Positions 39,188-52,012 of a stretch of 64,000 nucleotides of DNA are shown piece by piece. This stretch comes from Octopus sinensis (lineage: Eukaryota): assembly GCF_006345805.1 (NCBI RefSeq), contig NC_042997.1, positions 158,720,001 to 158,784,000 of the forward strand, written 5' to 3'. The position numbers were made by a program, and so were the translations under genes. The notes below the pieces were generated by a model. The model saw only the letters and a program-made list of their open reading frames with translations, was not told where the DNA came from and made no database searches. The stretch's first letter is position 1. Each line of letters starts with the position of its first letter.

Positions 39188-39616
39188 TAGTTGAGTGCCT
39201 GGGTAACACCGTACGGTCTCATCAGAATCTCAAACACTAAATGCAATTCATTTGGGAAAACAAATACATTTAAATATATATAGAGGAAAGCATTACAAAT
39301 GAGAAAGCATATATATGGGGGATAAAATGCAGGGGGTCCTCGCACAATTAGAAAAAAGACTCATTTATACATATATTCTTACCGGTAGATTTATTCAATC
39401 TTTATATTTGGTTACACCCATCAGTATGCTCATCTTAGAATTAGTCTTATTTTCATTGTGCGAGGAGCTCCTGCACTTTGTTCACCCACATATATGTTTT
39501 CTCATTGGTTATGCTTTCCACTATACAAGTTTAACTGTATTTATCGTCCCAGATATCTTGACCTTAATGTTCGAGGCTCTGGTTAATCTGTAAGGTGTTA
39601 CTCAGGCGCTCAACCA
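39188..39616. mobile_element. Candidate MITE with 29 bp imperfect inverted repeats
   Basis: TAGTTGAGTGCCTGGGTAACACCGTACGG (39188-39216) vs the reverse complement of 39588-39616: 24/29 identical. Confidence 0.5.
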
Positions 39617-39699
39617 TGAGATTACTGCATCTTATAATGGAAAAATCTGTATTCTAATGAAGTTCATGATACATTTGTTTATTCCTATGTTATCTCTCT

Positions 39700-39734
<35 letters not shown>

Positions 39735-39913
39735 AAGTTACAACTTACCACGTGAGGATAATCGAAATTCCTTCTTTCTGTTACTACTATATATATATAT
39801 ATATATATAGATAGATAGATAGATAGATAGATATAGATAGATAGATAGATATAAATATAGATAGATATAAATATATATATAAATATATATATGTATGTAA
39901 ATATCTATATTTA

Positions 39914-40018
<105 letters not shown>

Positions 40019-40089
40019 GTTCATTTTTTGCGGCATCTATAGAGTTAGATTTTAGCTTTGCTAATGTGTTTCCAATGCTGTATTTTTTA

Positions 40090-41429
40090 TATTATATGAA
40101 ACAAAGTTGCGTAGCAGATCTTTGTGGGTCTGAAGAGTAATGCACTACATGAATAACTACCTGCGAAGCTGCTCCTTAATACTCAGTAGTCATAAACCAT
40201 CTTCTCTTTTATGGATGTAAATTCCCGAGGGCCATACGTATTGTACGGCACATTTTAGTGCTGATTTCTCATATTTCAATCTATAGAAATCTAGTTTAGC
40301 CTATCAATATTCCCTTAATATATTCCTCTCTTGATCTTTGCTTTCCGGAATTTCTAACTTCCTGATGCTAAACTTGTTTTCCAGCCATCAATACTTTTTT
40401 TTCTGAAGAAAGATCTAACGTTATAAGCTATTTTGAATTTTTCCAAGAATTTGATAATTCAGGAATTCGGGACCATATCAGAATCACCTTTATAATCAAT
40501 CCAGGATATTGATAATACTATCTATCTTCTCTTTCAGTTTTACAATTCATTCACCATAAAATTATGAGGAATTGATACATTCTTCCTCTGCTTTGTTTTC
40601 GGCAGTTTCAGTTTGATGGTTTTCAAACTTTTGCGGATTTTCTTGTAGATTATGTCGGTTAGAAATTTTTACTCTGTTGGAAGAAAAACAAAAGTGTTAT
40701 CAATAGTTGGTTACTTCATTTCGTTTTGTTTTGTCTTTCATTAGGAGCAGTGTCGTTCCTTTAATTAAACAGAGACAGAAATAAAATAATTTCACATCAT
40801 GAGTAATCTCATTTGCCTAACTTGTTCTAAATCATTCAGTTTTATAAAGATTGATGATCTAATTTGCATTGCACTTCTACCACCAGGTGGGAGACCTTCA
40901 TATAACGTTCCAGTTTCCTTTTTTACCGTCATCTGAATTATTATTCGCATTACTATCCATTTTACTCATATTGGGAGTAAGGCAGTGTTATGATGAGGAT
41001 AAGGTAATGAGAGTATTATTTCAGAAATGTTGGATTTCGAGGCCAGAGCAATCTTCTTTGACTTGGCTAGAAAGTAGTGGTGCTGGATATTAACAACTGC
41101 TTTAAGGCTGTTGGTCGTTTATGCTCCAATAGGTTTTCATATCTAAATAGGTTGCCTTCATCATGGTTAAAGGGTAGAGATCTCTGTGGACTGACTGCAC
41201 ACTCGCTCATCATTACTATTTCTTCGTCCTATGCACTATTTCTAGATACCTCTTGATTAACGGTTGGCTCATCAATCCTTTGACAGGTCTTTATTTCTCA
41301 TCTTAATGGATTTCTGGAAACCATCCTTAATGAGCTTGATATAAGGCTAGGTGAGTGTCTGATTACAGGACTGACTGACAAATTGCAATTAATTTCATGT
41401 TCCCAGAAGTACAGATAACTGATATGAGG
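40090..41429 (-). mobile_element. Old R4/Dong-like LINE copy 3 (degenerate RT)
   Basis: Broken frames GTTLLLMKDKTKRNEVTNY, LSISWIDYKGDSDMVPNS*IIKFLE and IKRG(I) correspond to RT domains 1-4 of this clade. The 5' boundary at the (TAA)n array is inferred. Confidence 0.6.
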
Positions 41430-41450
41430 TATTATTATTATTAATATTAA

Positions 41451-41498
<48 letters not shown>

Positions 41499-41499
<1 letters not shown>

Positions 41500-42890
41500 T
41501 GATGAAAAACTCTCAGATTATTTTGCTGGGTATAATGGAAAATGCTAGCTGTCGACAACCAGCAGGCTAAAGTGTCACTTGTTTACTGATCGTGCTTCAA
41601 GAACCCTACAGTTCCGAGCAAAGATGATTTTTGTTGATGTTTTATCTTCACTTTGTATCAATCTTTTTGAACCATGTTAATTGCTGAATGTTGATAATTC
41701 CAGGCGCGCCAATTATTACTGATATCACGTCCACTCTTTTCATTACCCACAACCTGCGTATTTCTCACTTCAATTCGTCATAGATGTTCAGTTTTTCTTC
41801 TTTCTCTTTGATCCTGTTGTCACCAGGACATGCTATGTCGATTATCATGCATGTTTATTCTGTTTTGTATACCACAAGATTATCAGGTTTCCGATGTCTG
41901 ATTTGATAGTCACACTGAAACACTGCATCCTACATGGCTTTTTAGTCTTCACTCTCGGTAGCTCCCTTTGGGAGTTGGTCACACCTCGTCTTTGTTCTTT
42001 GTAGGCTGTGATTTCCACAAAGCTCCCAATGGATCATTCTTATTTCTTTATTGCCCACAAGGAGCTAAACATAGAAGAGATAAACAAGGACAGACAAAGG
42101 GGTTAAGTCGATTACATCGATGCCAGTGCATAACTGGTATTTAATTTATCGACCCCGAAAGGATGAAAGGCAAAAGTGAGCTCGGCGGAATTTAAACTCA
42201 GAATGTAACGGTAGACGAAATACCTATTTTTTTACTACCCACAAGGGGCTAAACACAGAGGAGACAAGCAAGGACAGACAAAGGGTTTAAGTCGATTACA
42301 TCGACCGCAGTGCACATCTGGTACTTAATTTATCGACCCCGAATGGATGAAAGGCAAAGTCGACCTCGGCGGATTTTGAACTCAGAACGCAGCAGCGGAC
42401 GAAATACCTATTTCTTTCCTACCCACAAGGGGCTAAACACAGAGAGAGAAACATGGACAGACAAACGGATTAAGTCGATTATATCGGCCCCAGGGCGTAA
42501 CTGGTACTTATTTAGTCGACCCCGAATGGATGAAAGGCAAAGTCGACCTCGGCGGAATTTGAACTCAGAAGCTAGCGGCAGACGAAATACTGCTAAGCAT
42601 TTCTTGCCACATTGTCATGCTGTCTTTTGTAATTGCGTTTTGCCAGTTTCGGGCATTTGCACACAATGTGCCATACCTTTTCACCTTTCTTACTGCACAT
42701 TCTGCATTTGTTAGTCTCAGTTGAGTTGTTAATTCTGCACTTCACGAAGTTCGTCCTTAACCTTTGTTCCTGTGCAGCGCATATAAGTGCTTCTGTGTCT
42801 CTCTTCAGTTCACTCATCCGGATACATAACCAGCGGTCTTTGGTATCTGTCTTGGCGTTCGTATCTTTTGCAAGCTAACTTAAAGTATTA
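41499..42890 (-). mobile_element. 5'-truncated R4/Dong-like LINE copy 2, interrupted by a SINE trimer
   Basis: LKRDTEALICAAQEQRLRTN...CRMCSKKGEKVWHIVCKC...HDNVAR | SINEs | MIHWELC...RKPD...IIDIACPGDNRIKEKE...SVIIGAPG...SSLLGT; (TAA)n at both ends. Confidence 0.85.
42042..42603 (-). mobile_element. OR2-like SINE head-to-tail trimer
   Basis: Three ~184-195 bp units; junction GACGAAATACC at 42214-42224 and 42398-42408. Confidence 0.9.
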
Positions 42891-42892
42891 CT

Positions 42893-42894
42893 AA

Positions 42895-42927
<33 letters not shown>

Positions 42928-43035
42928 CATCATCATAATCATCATCATCATCATCATCATTATCATCATTATCATCATCATCATCATCATCATCATCATT
43001 ATCATCATCATCATCATCATCATTATTATTATTAT
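42893..43035. repeat. (TAT)n/(CAT)n microsatellite between LINE copies
   Basis: Direct. Confidence 0.95.
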
Positions 43036-46000
43036 AAATGTAGTACAGTATACAATATCGTGAGGTTGTTGATTGAAGATATTGTATCAACTGGGGCTTT
43101 GTACAGTTTGACAAGTACCAGTCACAAGGACCGCAGACAGACAGTACTTTAGGCAATATGCGTGTAGATCCAAGTAATGCCGACTTTTGCATTACATCTT
43201 GATTGTAGAGTATTTCTAATATTTTCAGATGTTTTTTTTTTCTAGATTGGGTGGTATTGAACCCAATGGTCCGATGGCTTTATGTTCGAATCTCGTAGCT
43301 GCCACATCTTAGCGATCTCAATTTTCAGCTCTCCATATCTATCAACTTTTTCTCTTTCTCTCATGATGATATGTTGATCTTCTGGCACTGCTACGTTGAT
43401 TATTAGGCACTCTTGTTTGTCCCTCCTAAAGGTTACTATATCCAGCCTTCGTTGCTCTAACACTTTGTCTAGGAAATCCCAGGGGAGTTTGCCTTCCTCA
43501 CTTTTCGTCCATTACCTTTTCCGGCGTATGTTGATACCAAGCACCCGTAACCTCATATCCATACTTACGGCATAGTAGCCAGTGGAGATTTTGGGCTACT
43601 CTGTCGTGTCTACGCTTGTACACTTTCTGCACAAGACTTTCACATGCGCTAACAATGTGAGTCACACTTTCGACCCTCTTCCCACACATTCTGCAGAGGT
43701 CCGATGCACTTGTGTGGTATATATATTTTTTTCACTTTCGTATTCGAAGCGTGATGCTGGGCCGCGATAATAAGACTTTAGATATTCCTTTTTAGGTCAT
43801 CCTTCTGGAGCTACCCCCATGATGCTCCCTTGTCTTTTAATTTGTTGGTTTCACGGTGGAACTAACCATGTAATTCCATACGGAGTAGGGTTTCTTCTCT
43901 CTCGTTGGCTGTTCTTGTTCGGAATTCCTGATCACTCTCAAGTACATTTTTTAACTCTTTCTACACTAGCAGCATACTGTAGTAGGTCTTCTTTGCTGTT
44001 TACCATATATTCTGCCATGTTTCTTCTTTCACTGTTGATGCACTCCCGTACGCTAATCAGCCCACGTCCACCCTTACTTCTATTCATGTACATTTTCCTT
44101 AGTGTGTGTGTGTGGGTGGGGGCCACCATGCATTGTCATTGTCTTTCGGGTAGTGCGATGGAAACGGTCAATCTCCGCTTTTGTCCATCTCAGGATGGGT
44201 GAACTATAGCGGACTACAGCAACAGCCCATATGTTAATGACAGTCGCAAGGTTCCTTGAGTTGAGCTTTGATTTCAAGAGAAGCTTGAGGCACTTGAAAT
44301 ATGCAGTGATGAATTTGTCTTTCATGTCACTGTGCAAGATATTGTTCAGCTCCAGGATCCCAAGTACTTGTACCCATCATCATCCGGATTTTCAACTCTC
44401 TCTCCGTTTGGCAATTTTATGCCCCTACAATTTACTCTTTTCCCTTGCTTCAAAGTAAGCACCACACACTTAGCGATATCGAATTCCACCCCTATATCCT
44501 TGTTGCACAGTTGCACGTCTCAACCAGCCTCTCCATTTCAGGCACTGTTTTTGCGAACAGATTTAAATCATCCATGTGTGGAATAGCTGAGAACGTCTGT
44601 GCACTGATTAAGGACAGCATGCCTTGTTGGAAAATGCATCTTTCCTGTAACAATCAGCACTTAGCCGAGGTAACAATCAAAAGCGGTATCTTCCAAGGAG
44701 ACTTTTGTTCACCTCTGCTAGTTGTTATAATCTTGATCCCACTTTCTATAGACCTACGTAAAATCAACGTGCACTATGAGCCTTCTCTTGGTCGGCATTT
44801 AACAAGGTGTTGAGTTGCAGCTATTCGTGCATGACATTCACCAAATCTTTTGATCCAGTAGCCTTCAACTCCATCTGGTCCCGGGCCCTTCCAGTTGCTC
44901 ATCTATTTGCTGATTTCCTTCACTTCCCTAACTGAAATGACTAGTTTTGCCTGTTTTAGACAGACGACTGTTTGTTTCAGTTCTAACAACCATTCAGTAA
45001 CCTTCTTGTGCTCCTTGTCTTTGCTCCAGATGTCACTCCAAAACTTTTGACTTTCAATGTTATCTAGTATCAACTTTTCATCTGTACTCTCTCCATTTAT
45101 TCTTTATAGAATCTCTTCTGATCTACTCTGAATAGCATATTCTGGTGCTAACCTTTCATTCTTTGGTCGTATCTTTCTATCTTTGCTTACTTTGCAACGA
45201 GGCGCTGATTCAGTTCTTCCATTACCAATATTCTTTCAATATTATACTTACTTTTCAGCACCCTGTATTTTCGTTCGCTTTTAAGTTCCCCTTTCTATTT
45301 TCGGTCTAACACAGAAACTTTCTTCGGGGGCATATCTAACCCTGCCTGGATTCTTTTTTTCCACCATGGTTCTTTTCTTTTGTCACTCCTATTATATTTC
45401 TTTTTCTTGACACCAACACCAACATTTTCTACTACAACAATAGTTATTGCCTTGATCAAATTATTTTTTCTGTGATGTTGTTTGTTCTGATGGATTTCAG
45501 AATTTCATTGACATTTTTCGTTTCTTGGTTCAATTTCCATCGATTAACCCTTTTAATGTTGCAAATAATGTCGCTATCGTTCTCCTGTAGCCTTAGCTTT
45601 ATTCTGTCGTAGATTGCCTTTTGCTCATCTGTCATGTCACTATTAGTTTTATCGTCTTCTTTCAGATCATTTATATATCACTCATCAAGTAAGTTACCAC
45701 TGCTCCTTTCCTGTGCTGTGAGATTACTTTTATTAGTAAGAACTGTATTTTCATCATTATCTCTGCTGCTATTTTCCAAAACCCCTCTTTTGATGGCTTC
45801 GATCTCTACTTCTGTGAACCAACGATTTTTCTTATTGTTCTAGCTTGATCACATAATCTCTGTTCCGTGAGTTGAAACAATCCCTTTTCTCTCCAATGAT
45901 CATACATACGTTGTCGATAACCCCTAATCTGAGCACCATCTTCATCTACCGTGTTGCTCGGGTAGTAACACTCCATGACCACAGCATTAATTTGCTTACT

Positions 46001-46260
46001 CCATCTACGCAGTGTGTGATGCTCCCTTTCTGGATATCGACAGGCTGGAGCCGGACCAGAATTTCTGAGCGTACGGAGTGCAACACTGTCACCATCAATG
46101 ATTCCAGTTTCATTACCACCATTATTAACAATACTTTGTGTATTCATTGTCACTCATATGAGGTAGCGATTATTAGGTTGCGCAATTACCAGTGTTTTTA
46201 TTGTGACACCTTCACTAGATGTATTATAAATCAGGACATGGGGAGACTCCACCTGCTCCT

Positions 46261-46263
<3 letters not shown>
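43036..46263 (-). mobile_element. Near full-length R4/Dong-clade RLE non-LTR retrotransposon, inactive (copy 1)
   Basis: N-terminus RRWSKQINAVVMECYY...RGYRQRMY..W.EKGLF..TEQRLCDQAR; RT MSNWKGPGPDGVEGYWIK, GIFQGD..SPLL (inverted), HMDDLNLF, NIWAVAVVRYS; CCHC CRMCGKRVESVTHIVSAC; RLE RLDIV...IINVAVP; C-terminus QKSALLGSTRILPKVL; many frameshifts and stops; (TAA)n on both flanks. Confidence 0.92.
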
Positions 46264-46324
<61 letters not shown>

Positions 46325-46366
46325 TTTATTATCATCATCATCATTATTGATGTTGTTGTTGTTATT

Positions 46367-46500
46367 AAAGTGGACAAATACTTACCAGTATTTCGTCCGG
46401 GTCCAGCCGAGGTTGACTTTCGCTTTCATCCTTTCAGAGTCGATGAAATAAGTACCGGTTGAGTACTAGGATCGTAATCGACCAGTACCCATCACCACAG
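46367..46500 (+). mobile_element. OR2-like SINE, partial
   Basis: GGACAAATACTTACCAGTATTTCGTCC...GAGGTTGACTTTCGCTTTCATCCTTTCAGAGTCGATG. Confidence 0.7.
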
Positions 46501-49500
46501 TGGTTACAAAAGAGTGGGTCCTCATTATTATCATCTACAATGAACTGTTGTTGTTTTTGTTTTCACAGAGAACAAGGAAATAGACCATACCATGATTATT
46601 TATTAGTAAAAAATGTGTCTTTTCTTCTTCCCTCTCTCTAGAATATTGATAAAGATCTTGGTAAAGATAAAGAGTCCACCCTATTTCCCTTGGGCAGGAC
46701 AAACGAATAGCTCTGAGGCGTGTAATGCTTAATTGGCGAAACTGAAAATATATTATCTATACCTTTTAAATGTCGAGACATTGTCACATAACATAATAAA
46801 ATAATACCAGTATTGGTATTATTTTATTTGTATTTATTTCAACTAATATTTGTTTTGACATTATTTTATTTAACTGCATAAATTTCTAGCATCTGTCATT
46901 AGCAATATTTACTTTTGTTGCAAGTTGACCTCTGCAGAATAGAAAGAAAATCACTGTTCACTATAGCGTCGGTGGCAATAACCTAAATAGTTTAAGCAAA
47001 CACAGCCCCAATTATTTTCAAACACGAAAACAGATTTAAAAGAACAGACAATGTGGAAAATTAAGCAAACTGGCAGAAATTCAAGCTGAAATACTTACAG
47101 TTGAACAATAGAAAACACAAAATGAATATAAAGAACAAAGTTGAAAATATTAATTCAAATGGAAAATGAAAACAGTGCAAACAATTCAAGTAGCAATGAC
47201 AGTATCAACATTACCATCACCATCAACAACAAAACAACAGTTCATCTTTTGTAACTGTTGTAGGTCATAAGGAGCTCCGCGATATTTCTTATCTACAGAA
47301 AGAAAATGTAGGGAGGGTAAGTCGGGAGAGAGAGAGAGAGAGGAGAGGGAGAGAAGAAGTGGAGCAGGAGGGAGCGACACAGAAAGAGACCAAAAGAGTA
47401 AGTGAGAGAGATTTTCTATCTGAAAAATGTATTAAAGCAAAACCGAAGAAAGTAACATATTTCTGTAATCGAATAATAGTGAGAATTTACATATGCTAAC
47501 GAAAATGTTGCAGGGAGTGTCTAGTTAAGAAGTGTTGGTGAACCATATCCCCATCCTTCTGCTGTTGCTGCAGTACACTGACAAAATGAAGATAGATAAT
47601 AGTACTGGTGTTTACCATTGCTTTGTTGTTACTTCTGTGACGCAACACATGTAGATAGTGGGTGGGAGCTGACCCCCAACAACATTGGCTGAGTTAGGGA
47701 TGAATGGGTGTCCAGATTTCGAAATACAACGAAGATGAGATCATTATCATTTAAATGTATATTATCGAGAAAATGGTGCCGTTATTACACGCGTGGTAGC
47801 AAAGATTATCTGAATGCCTTCTGCCCAAAATAGAAAAATACAAAATAATGATATGACGAAAGAAAGGTGGTGACCAAATTAGGGCCCTAAACATAAAACA
47901 ATGGCTGATACTGCCTTATTCTCACTGAACCGACGGCTTTATTTCTGAATTTTGCCGAACTGAAAGCAAAAATAAATAAATCTCGATCCATTTGCACCTG
48001 GGTCTAATGTTGCAGAACAATGAGAAACTGTAGAGTTTACTCCCCCAGTGCAGAATGGACCGCACGAAATGGACGAAAATAATTCTTAAATTATCCTCTT
48101 GAAGTGGAGAAAAGGACGTAGAGATTGAGGAAATGTAAGAAACCACATAGAATAATAAAAAAAATTAAGATGGGGCAGAAATCAAAGACTTAATGGAGAG
48201 ATTAAAAATAGGTAGGATGCTGATTGTCAACAAACTGAGACCTAATTTTCTGAAGTGCATGACTTTTATTACTGTCCGGATTAGGTATGGTCTTGTGGAA
48301 CTAATGAATGAAGCAAAAAGGAAAGGAAAGGGGTATTCTCTGATTGAGGTGGAGGTTAATAATGTTTACATCAAAATGATAGATTCTTCGTGGAAACCAC
48401 AGCAACATTTATCTAGAGATAATGAAATACCAAGTGCCGCGGGGCTTCTCCACGATATGGCGAAATCTGGGATATTCAGGATTAGTGCATTAACCAATCA
48501 GATAAACTCATGATTTATAGTATGTATAAACATTTAAATGATATACAAAGTGATCAATAATTTAAAGATCAATATTTTTTCATTCTTGAGTTTAGATATA
48601 AACTGCCACTAAATCATTTGTTGTTCTACAAAACTGGCTTTCGTTCATATGACTTATCAATTTAGAAGCTTACCTTGTACTTTCACATTCCATTTATCGC
48701 TCTTATATTCAATATTATGCAAAAAAAACTTTTTTACCAGAACATTATCCACTATCAACTTTTTCTTTTCAAGTTAAAAATTTTAGTTCCCTGAATTGGA
48801 CATTAACTAAATGTGTATAATTCAGTTATCCTTATTTACTGGCTTAGGATATCGTATATTAGCTCGAAAACATGCCATTGGTTCTCAGATAAGTTATTTA
48901 TTACACTCGGTGCCCCAGCATGGTCGCTGTCTAATGACTGAAACCAGTAGAATAATAAAAATAATAAAAGAATGATGCATATAGTAAGTAACACTATTTG
49001 TTCAATTGCTATATTACAATTTTACAGCTCTTTGAATATGATTAGCCAAGCAATATTTCTATCAAATCTTTGTCTGAATTCAAGCAAATGATATTTCGAT
49101 TTAATTGGTTGGTACCTCCATGCAGTAATGCAATAGAATAGAAATGTAAAGTTCCCAAAGTGCCGAGTCTGCTATACAGTTTCAGTTCTTTTATAGCAAT
49201 TTACTTTTACTCAGAACGCTAATTCCCGTGATAGATCCTTGAAAATCTCGTAATTACATTCCTCTCCTACAAATCTGAGGTATACCAATCCTGGCATTAT
49301 TTTATTCTTTGTTTGATGACAATACTTCGAAAGGTCGAGATAAAGATATTTTCCGTGCGGCCTATTAAATAATACACGCTTTCTGGTTATTCGTCTACGC
49401 TCTCGCATGCACAGAAGGCAGATAACGTAGCTACTTTTATAGTATGTTTCAAAATCACGAAGACAGTTATTGATGGTGAGATTTCAAAAAGCAATGCATA

Positions 49501-49929
49501 TAAAGCTTAACATTTACCACCCTCATAAAATCAATGCATCTAATTGTCCATTGAAGATTACCGCTGATTACCGATAATCTAGTATACATTTAAGAATGTA
49601 AATATGCATATGTGTGTGTCTAAAAGTATGCATGTATGTATGTAGTTTACTGAGCGGGCTAGTTCTGTTCTATACATCGTTATAGTTATCCAGCCACATC
49701 ATATATCCATATTGTAATTTGAAAGATCTATGAAGGTTTGAATCATTTTGGTACACATACAATTAAGTTTCATCGCACGTGTGTATATTTTTGTAAATAT
49801 GCGTATATGATGCGTGCATGTATTATGCACATATAATAAGCATATGTATTCATAACCCTGCTTATGTATAGTATCCATAAAGTTTCAATGAAGCACTAGA
49901 AGTTTTTAAAAGTACAGTGAAAATCGATG

Positions 49930-50400
49930 TAAACATAGTCATCTATTTTAGATATGCCGATAAATGATCCCTATTGGTGGTAGCTTAGAATTGACGATCA
50001 TGATGAAGAAACTAGAAAAAAATGGTAAAGAATATGGTTTGCTCATTAATTTTGAGAAAACTAGATCAATGACTATCTTTGGACATATGATTAAGAAGCC
50101 CATATAATAATTGATGACCAAACTGTCAGAATGGTGTATATATCATGCTAAATTGGAAGTATGTTACGAATCAATGTGATGACAGCAACGAGATAAAATG
50201 AAGGATAACACCAGCAAAATCTGATATCATTTTGAACAGCATTTGGAAGAATACATCGATACGTAACATAAAAATAATAATAATGAAATAAAAAAATAAA
50301 AACGGATAAAATTTCTACAAACTTTGTTAGTTAGTGATGCATGAATACGAATGTTGGACTTTTAAAGAACCTGATATAAGAAGAAAGATTCCATGTAAAA
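49930..50400 (+). pseudogene. Degenerate RTE-like LINE RT fragment
   Basis: FRYADK*...ELTIMMKKLEKNGKEYGLLINFEKTRSM corresponds to LRYADD...L...SKEYGL.IN..KTK.M. Confidence 0.6.
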
Positions 50401-50635
50401 TATGTAAAACAAGAGATGCTAAGAATTAGCTGAGCCGTAAAGAAAGGACAAAAGAGTATTTTCTCAAACTAGAACTGAATAGTGTCATGTAAACAGACAG
50501 AAGAAACAAAATCGTAGATAGTTCGTGCAAAGAAAATCGATGGATGTTTCGAAAGTTCTGGAAAAGACCAAGAGTAAGAAACTGGATTAGTAATATTGTG
50601 TAGTGAATATATTTTAAAATGCAATAACGCGTGAC

Positions 50636-51040
50636 TGTGAGGTAAGAAGTTTGCTTCTCAACCACATGATCTAGGGTCCAGTCCCATTGCGTGGAACCTG
50701 AGACAAGTGTCCTCTACTTTAATCCTGGGTCGACAAAAACCTTGTGAGTGGATTTCGTGGATGGAAACTGAAAGAAACCCGTCATTTATATGTGTGTGCG
50801 TGTGCGTGTGTTTGTATGCGTGGGTGCATGTGTTTGTGTTTACGTTAAGTACCTCACCACCGCTTGATAACCGGTGTTTAGTTTGTTTACATCCGAGTCA
50901 CTTAGCAGCTTGGCAACAGATATAAGTAACAAATTTTAAACAAATAAATTCTGGCATCGATAATTCGACTGAACTGTTCAAGGCGGCGCCCCAGCATGAC
51001 AGCAGTCAAATGAGTGAAAAAGGATAAAAAAAATAAGAAG
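50636..51040 (+). mobile_element. OR1-like SINE, near full length, diverged
   Basis: GTGAGGTAAGAAGTTTGCTTCTCAACCACATG...GGAAACTGAAAGAAACCCGTC...AAGGCGGCGCCCCAGCATGACAGCAGTCAAATG + A-rich tail. Confidence 0.85.
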
Positions 51041-51713
51041 AACAAGATAAAATGGAGACTTAAAGGACAAATCAACTACACTCCATGTGATGGTGTTTGC
51101 ACAATGAAGATATTGTATGTACGTGTTTGTGTGTGTGTGCGCACTTTTAGTTTTACGTAACAATTTCCTGTAACTGTTTATTGAGTATCAAATTAACTTA
51201 TGTTGGTCAAAGCCCCATAACAAGTTGCCGAGGTTACAATATAGCCAGGATCACATTACATACAAATCGTTGATCCAATCCATTGGAAATCAAACTGCTT
51301 AAAAGACCCGGATCCCCCCTGAGTTGATATATCTTTTTAAATTTCCAGTGTGTTCATCAATATCTTCGTGGTTGACTTAATCTGTCAAACGGTTTAACGC
51401 CTGCGTTTTACTCCTGAATGCCTTGAGTTTTGTTCACGCTGATATCAGAACTGGTATCGGGACGTCATAAGACTGTGCTTAAAGCGACATCTAAGTGCTT
51501 GCTTCTTCCATCAACAACATAATATATCAGCATTGAGGAAAGAATACACTCTAATACACGTTATAGATGTATGTCTGTGCATATATGTGAGTGTGTGCAT
51601 GTGTCATGTGTCTGTTTTTGTAGATGTGTGTGTATGTATATATATATATATATATACACTCACACACACACGCACACGCACACACACACACACACACACA
51701 TATATATACCTCT

Positions 51714-52012
51714 GGAGGCGCAATGGACCAGTGGTTAGGGCAGCAGACTCGCGGTTTCGATTCCCAAACCGGGCGTTGTGAGTGCTTATTGACCGAAAAC
51801 ACCTAAAAGCTCCACGAGGCTCCGGCAGGGGGTGGTGGCGATCCCTGCTGTACTCTTTCGCCACAACTTTCTCTCATTCTTTCTTCTGTTGGCCTGCTCA
51901 CTTAGCCAGCGGGGTCGCGTCAATTGAAGGCTAAAACAATACGAAGCGCATTGTGACCAGCGATGTGTAGCAACATCTGATTACCTGGTAGGTCACGGTG
52001 ATCACGGTGATA
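51714..52012 (+). mobile_element. SINE family C, near full length
   Basis: GGAGGCGCAATGGACCAGTGGTTAGGG (A box), GGTTTCGATTCCC (B box), tail GTCACGGTGATCACGGTGATA; homologous to 27790-27973. Confidence 0.8.

Noticed and set aside
39215-39230. Minus-strand CTGATGA-GACC-GTAC-GGT as a hammerhead
   Set aside because: The required GAAA is absent (reads GTTAC).
42042-42603. Regularly spaced repeats as a CRISPR-like array
   Set aside because: Units are ~184 bp SINE bodies without unique spacers; eukaryotic context; no cas genes.
44445-44813. Plus-strand 122 aa ORF as an independent RT gene
   Set aside because: It is the inverted internal piece of the minus-strand LINE.
48193-48513. 106 aa plus-strand ORF
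   Set aside because: No recognisable motif or splice support; within chance expectation.
49211-49408. RKRVLFNRPH as a Penelope linker motif
   Set aside because: Similarity too short to support a call.
51714-51790. tRNA gene
   Set aside because: The tRNA-like head continues into a SINE body; no complete cloverleaf. The same applies to all SINE heads in the window.
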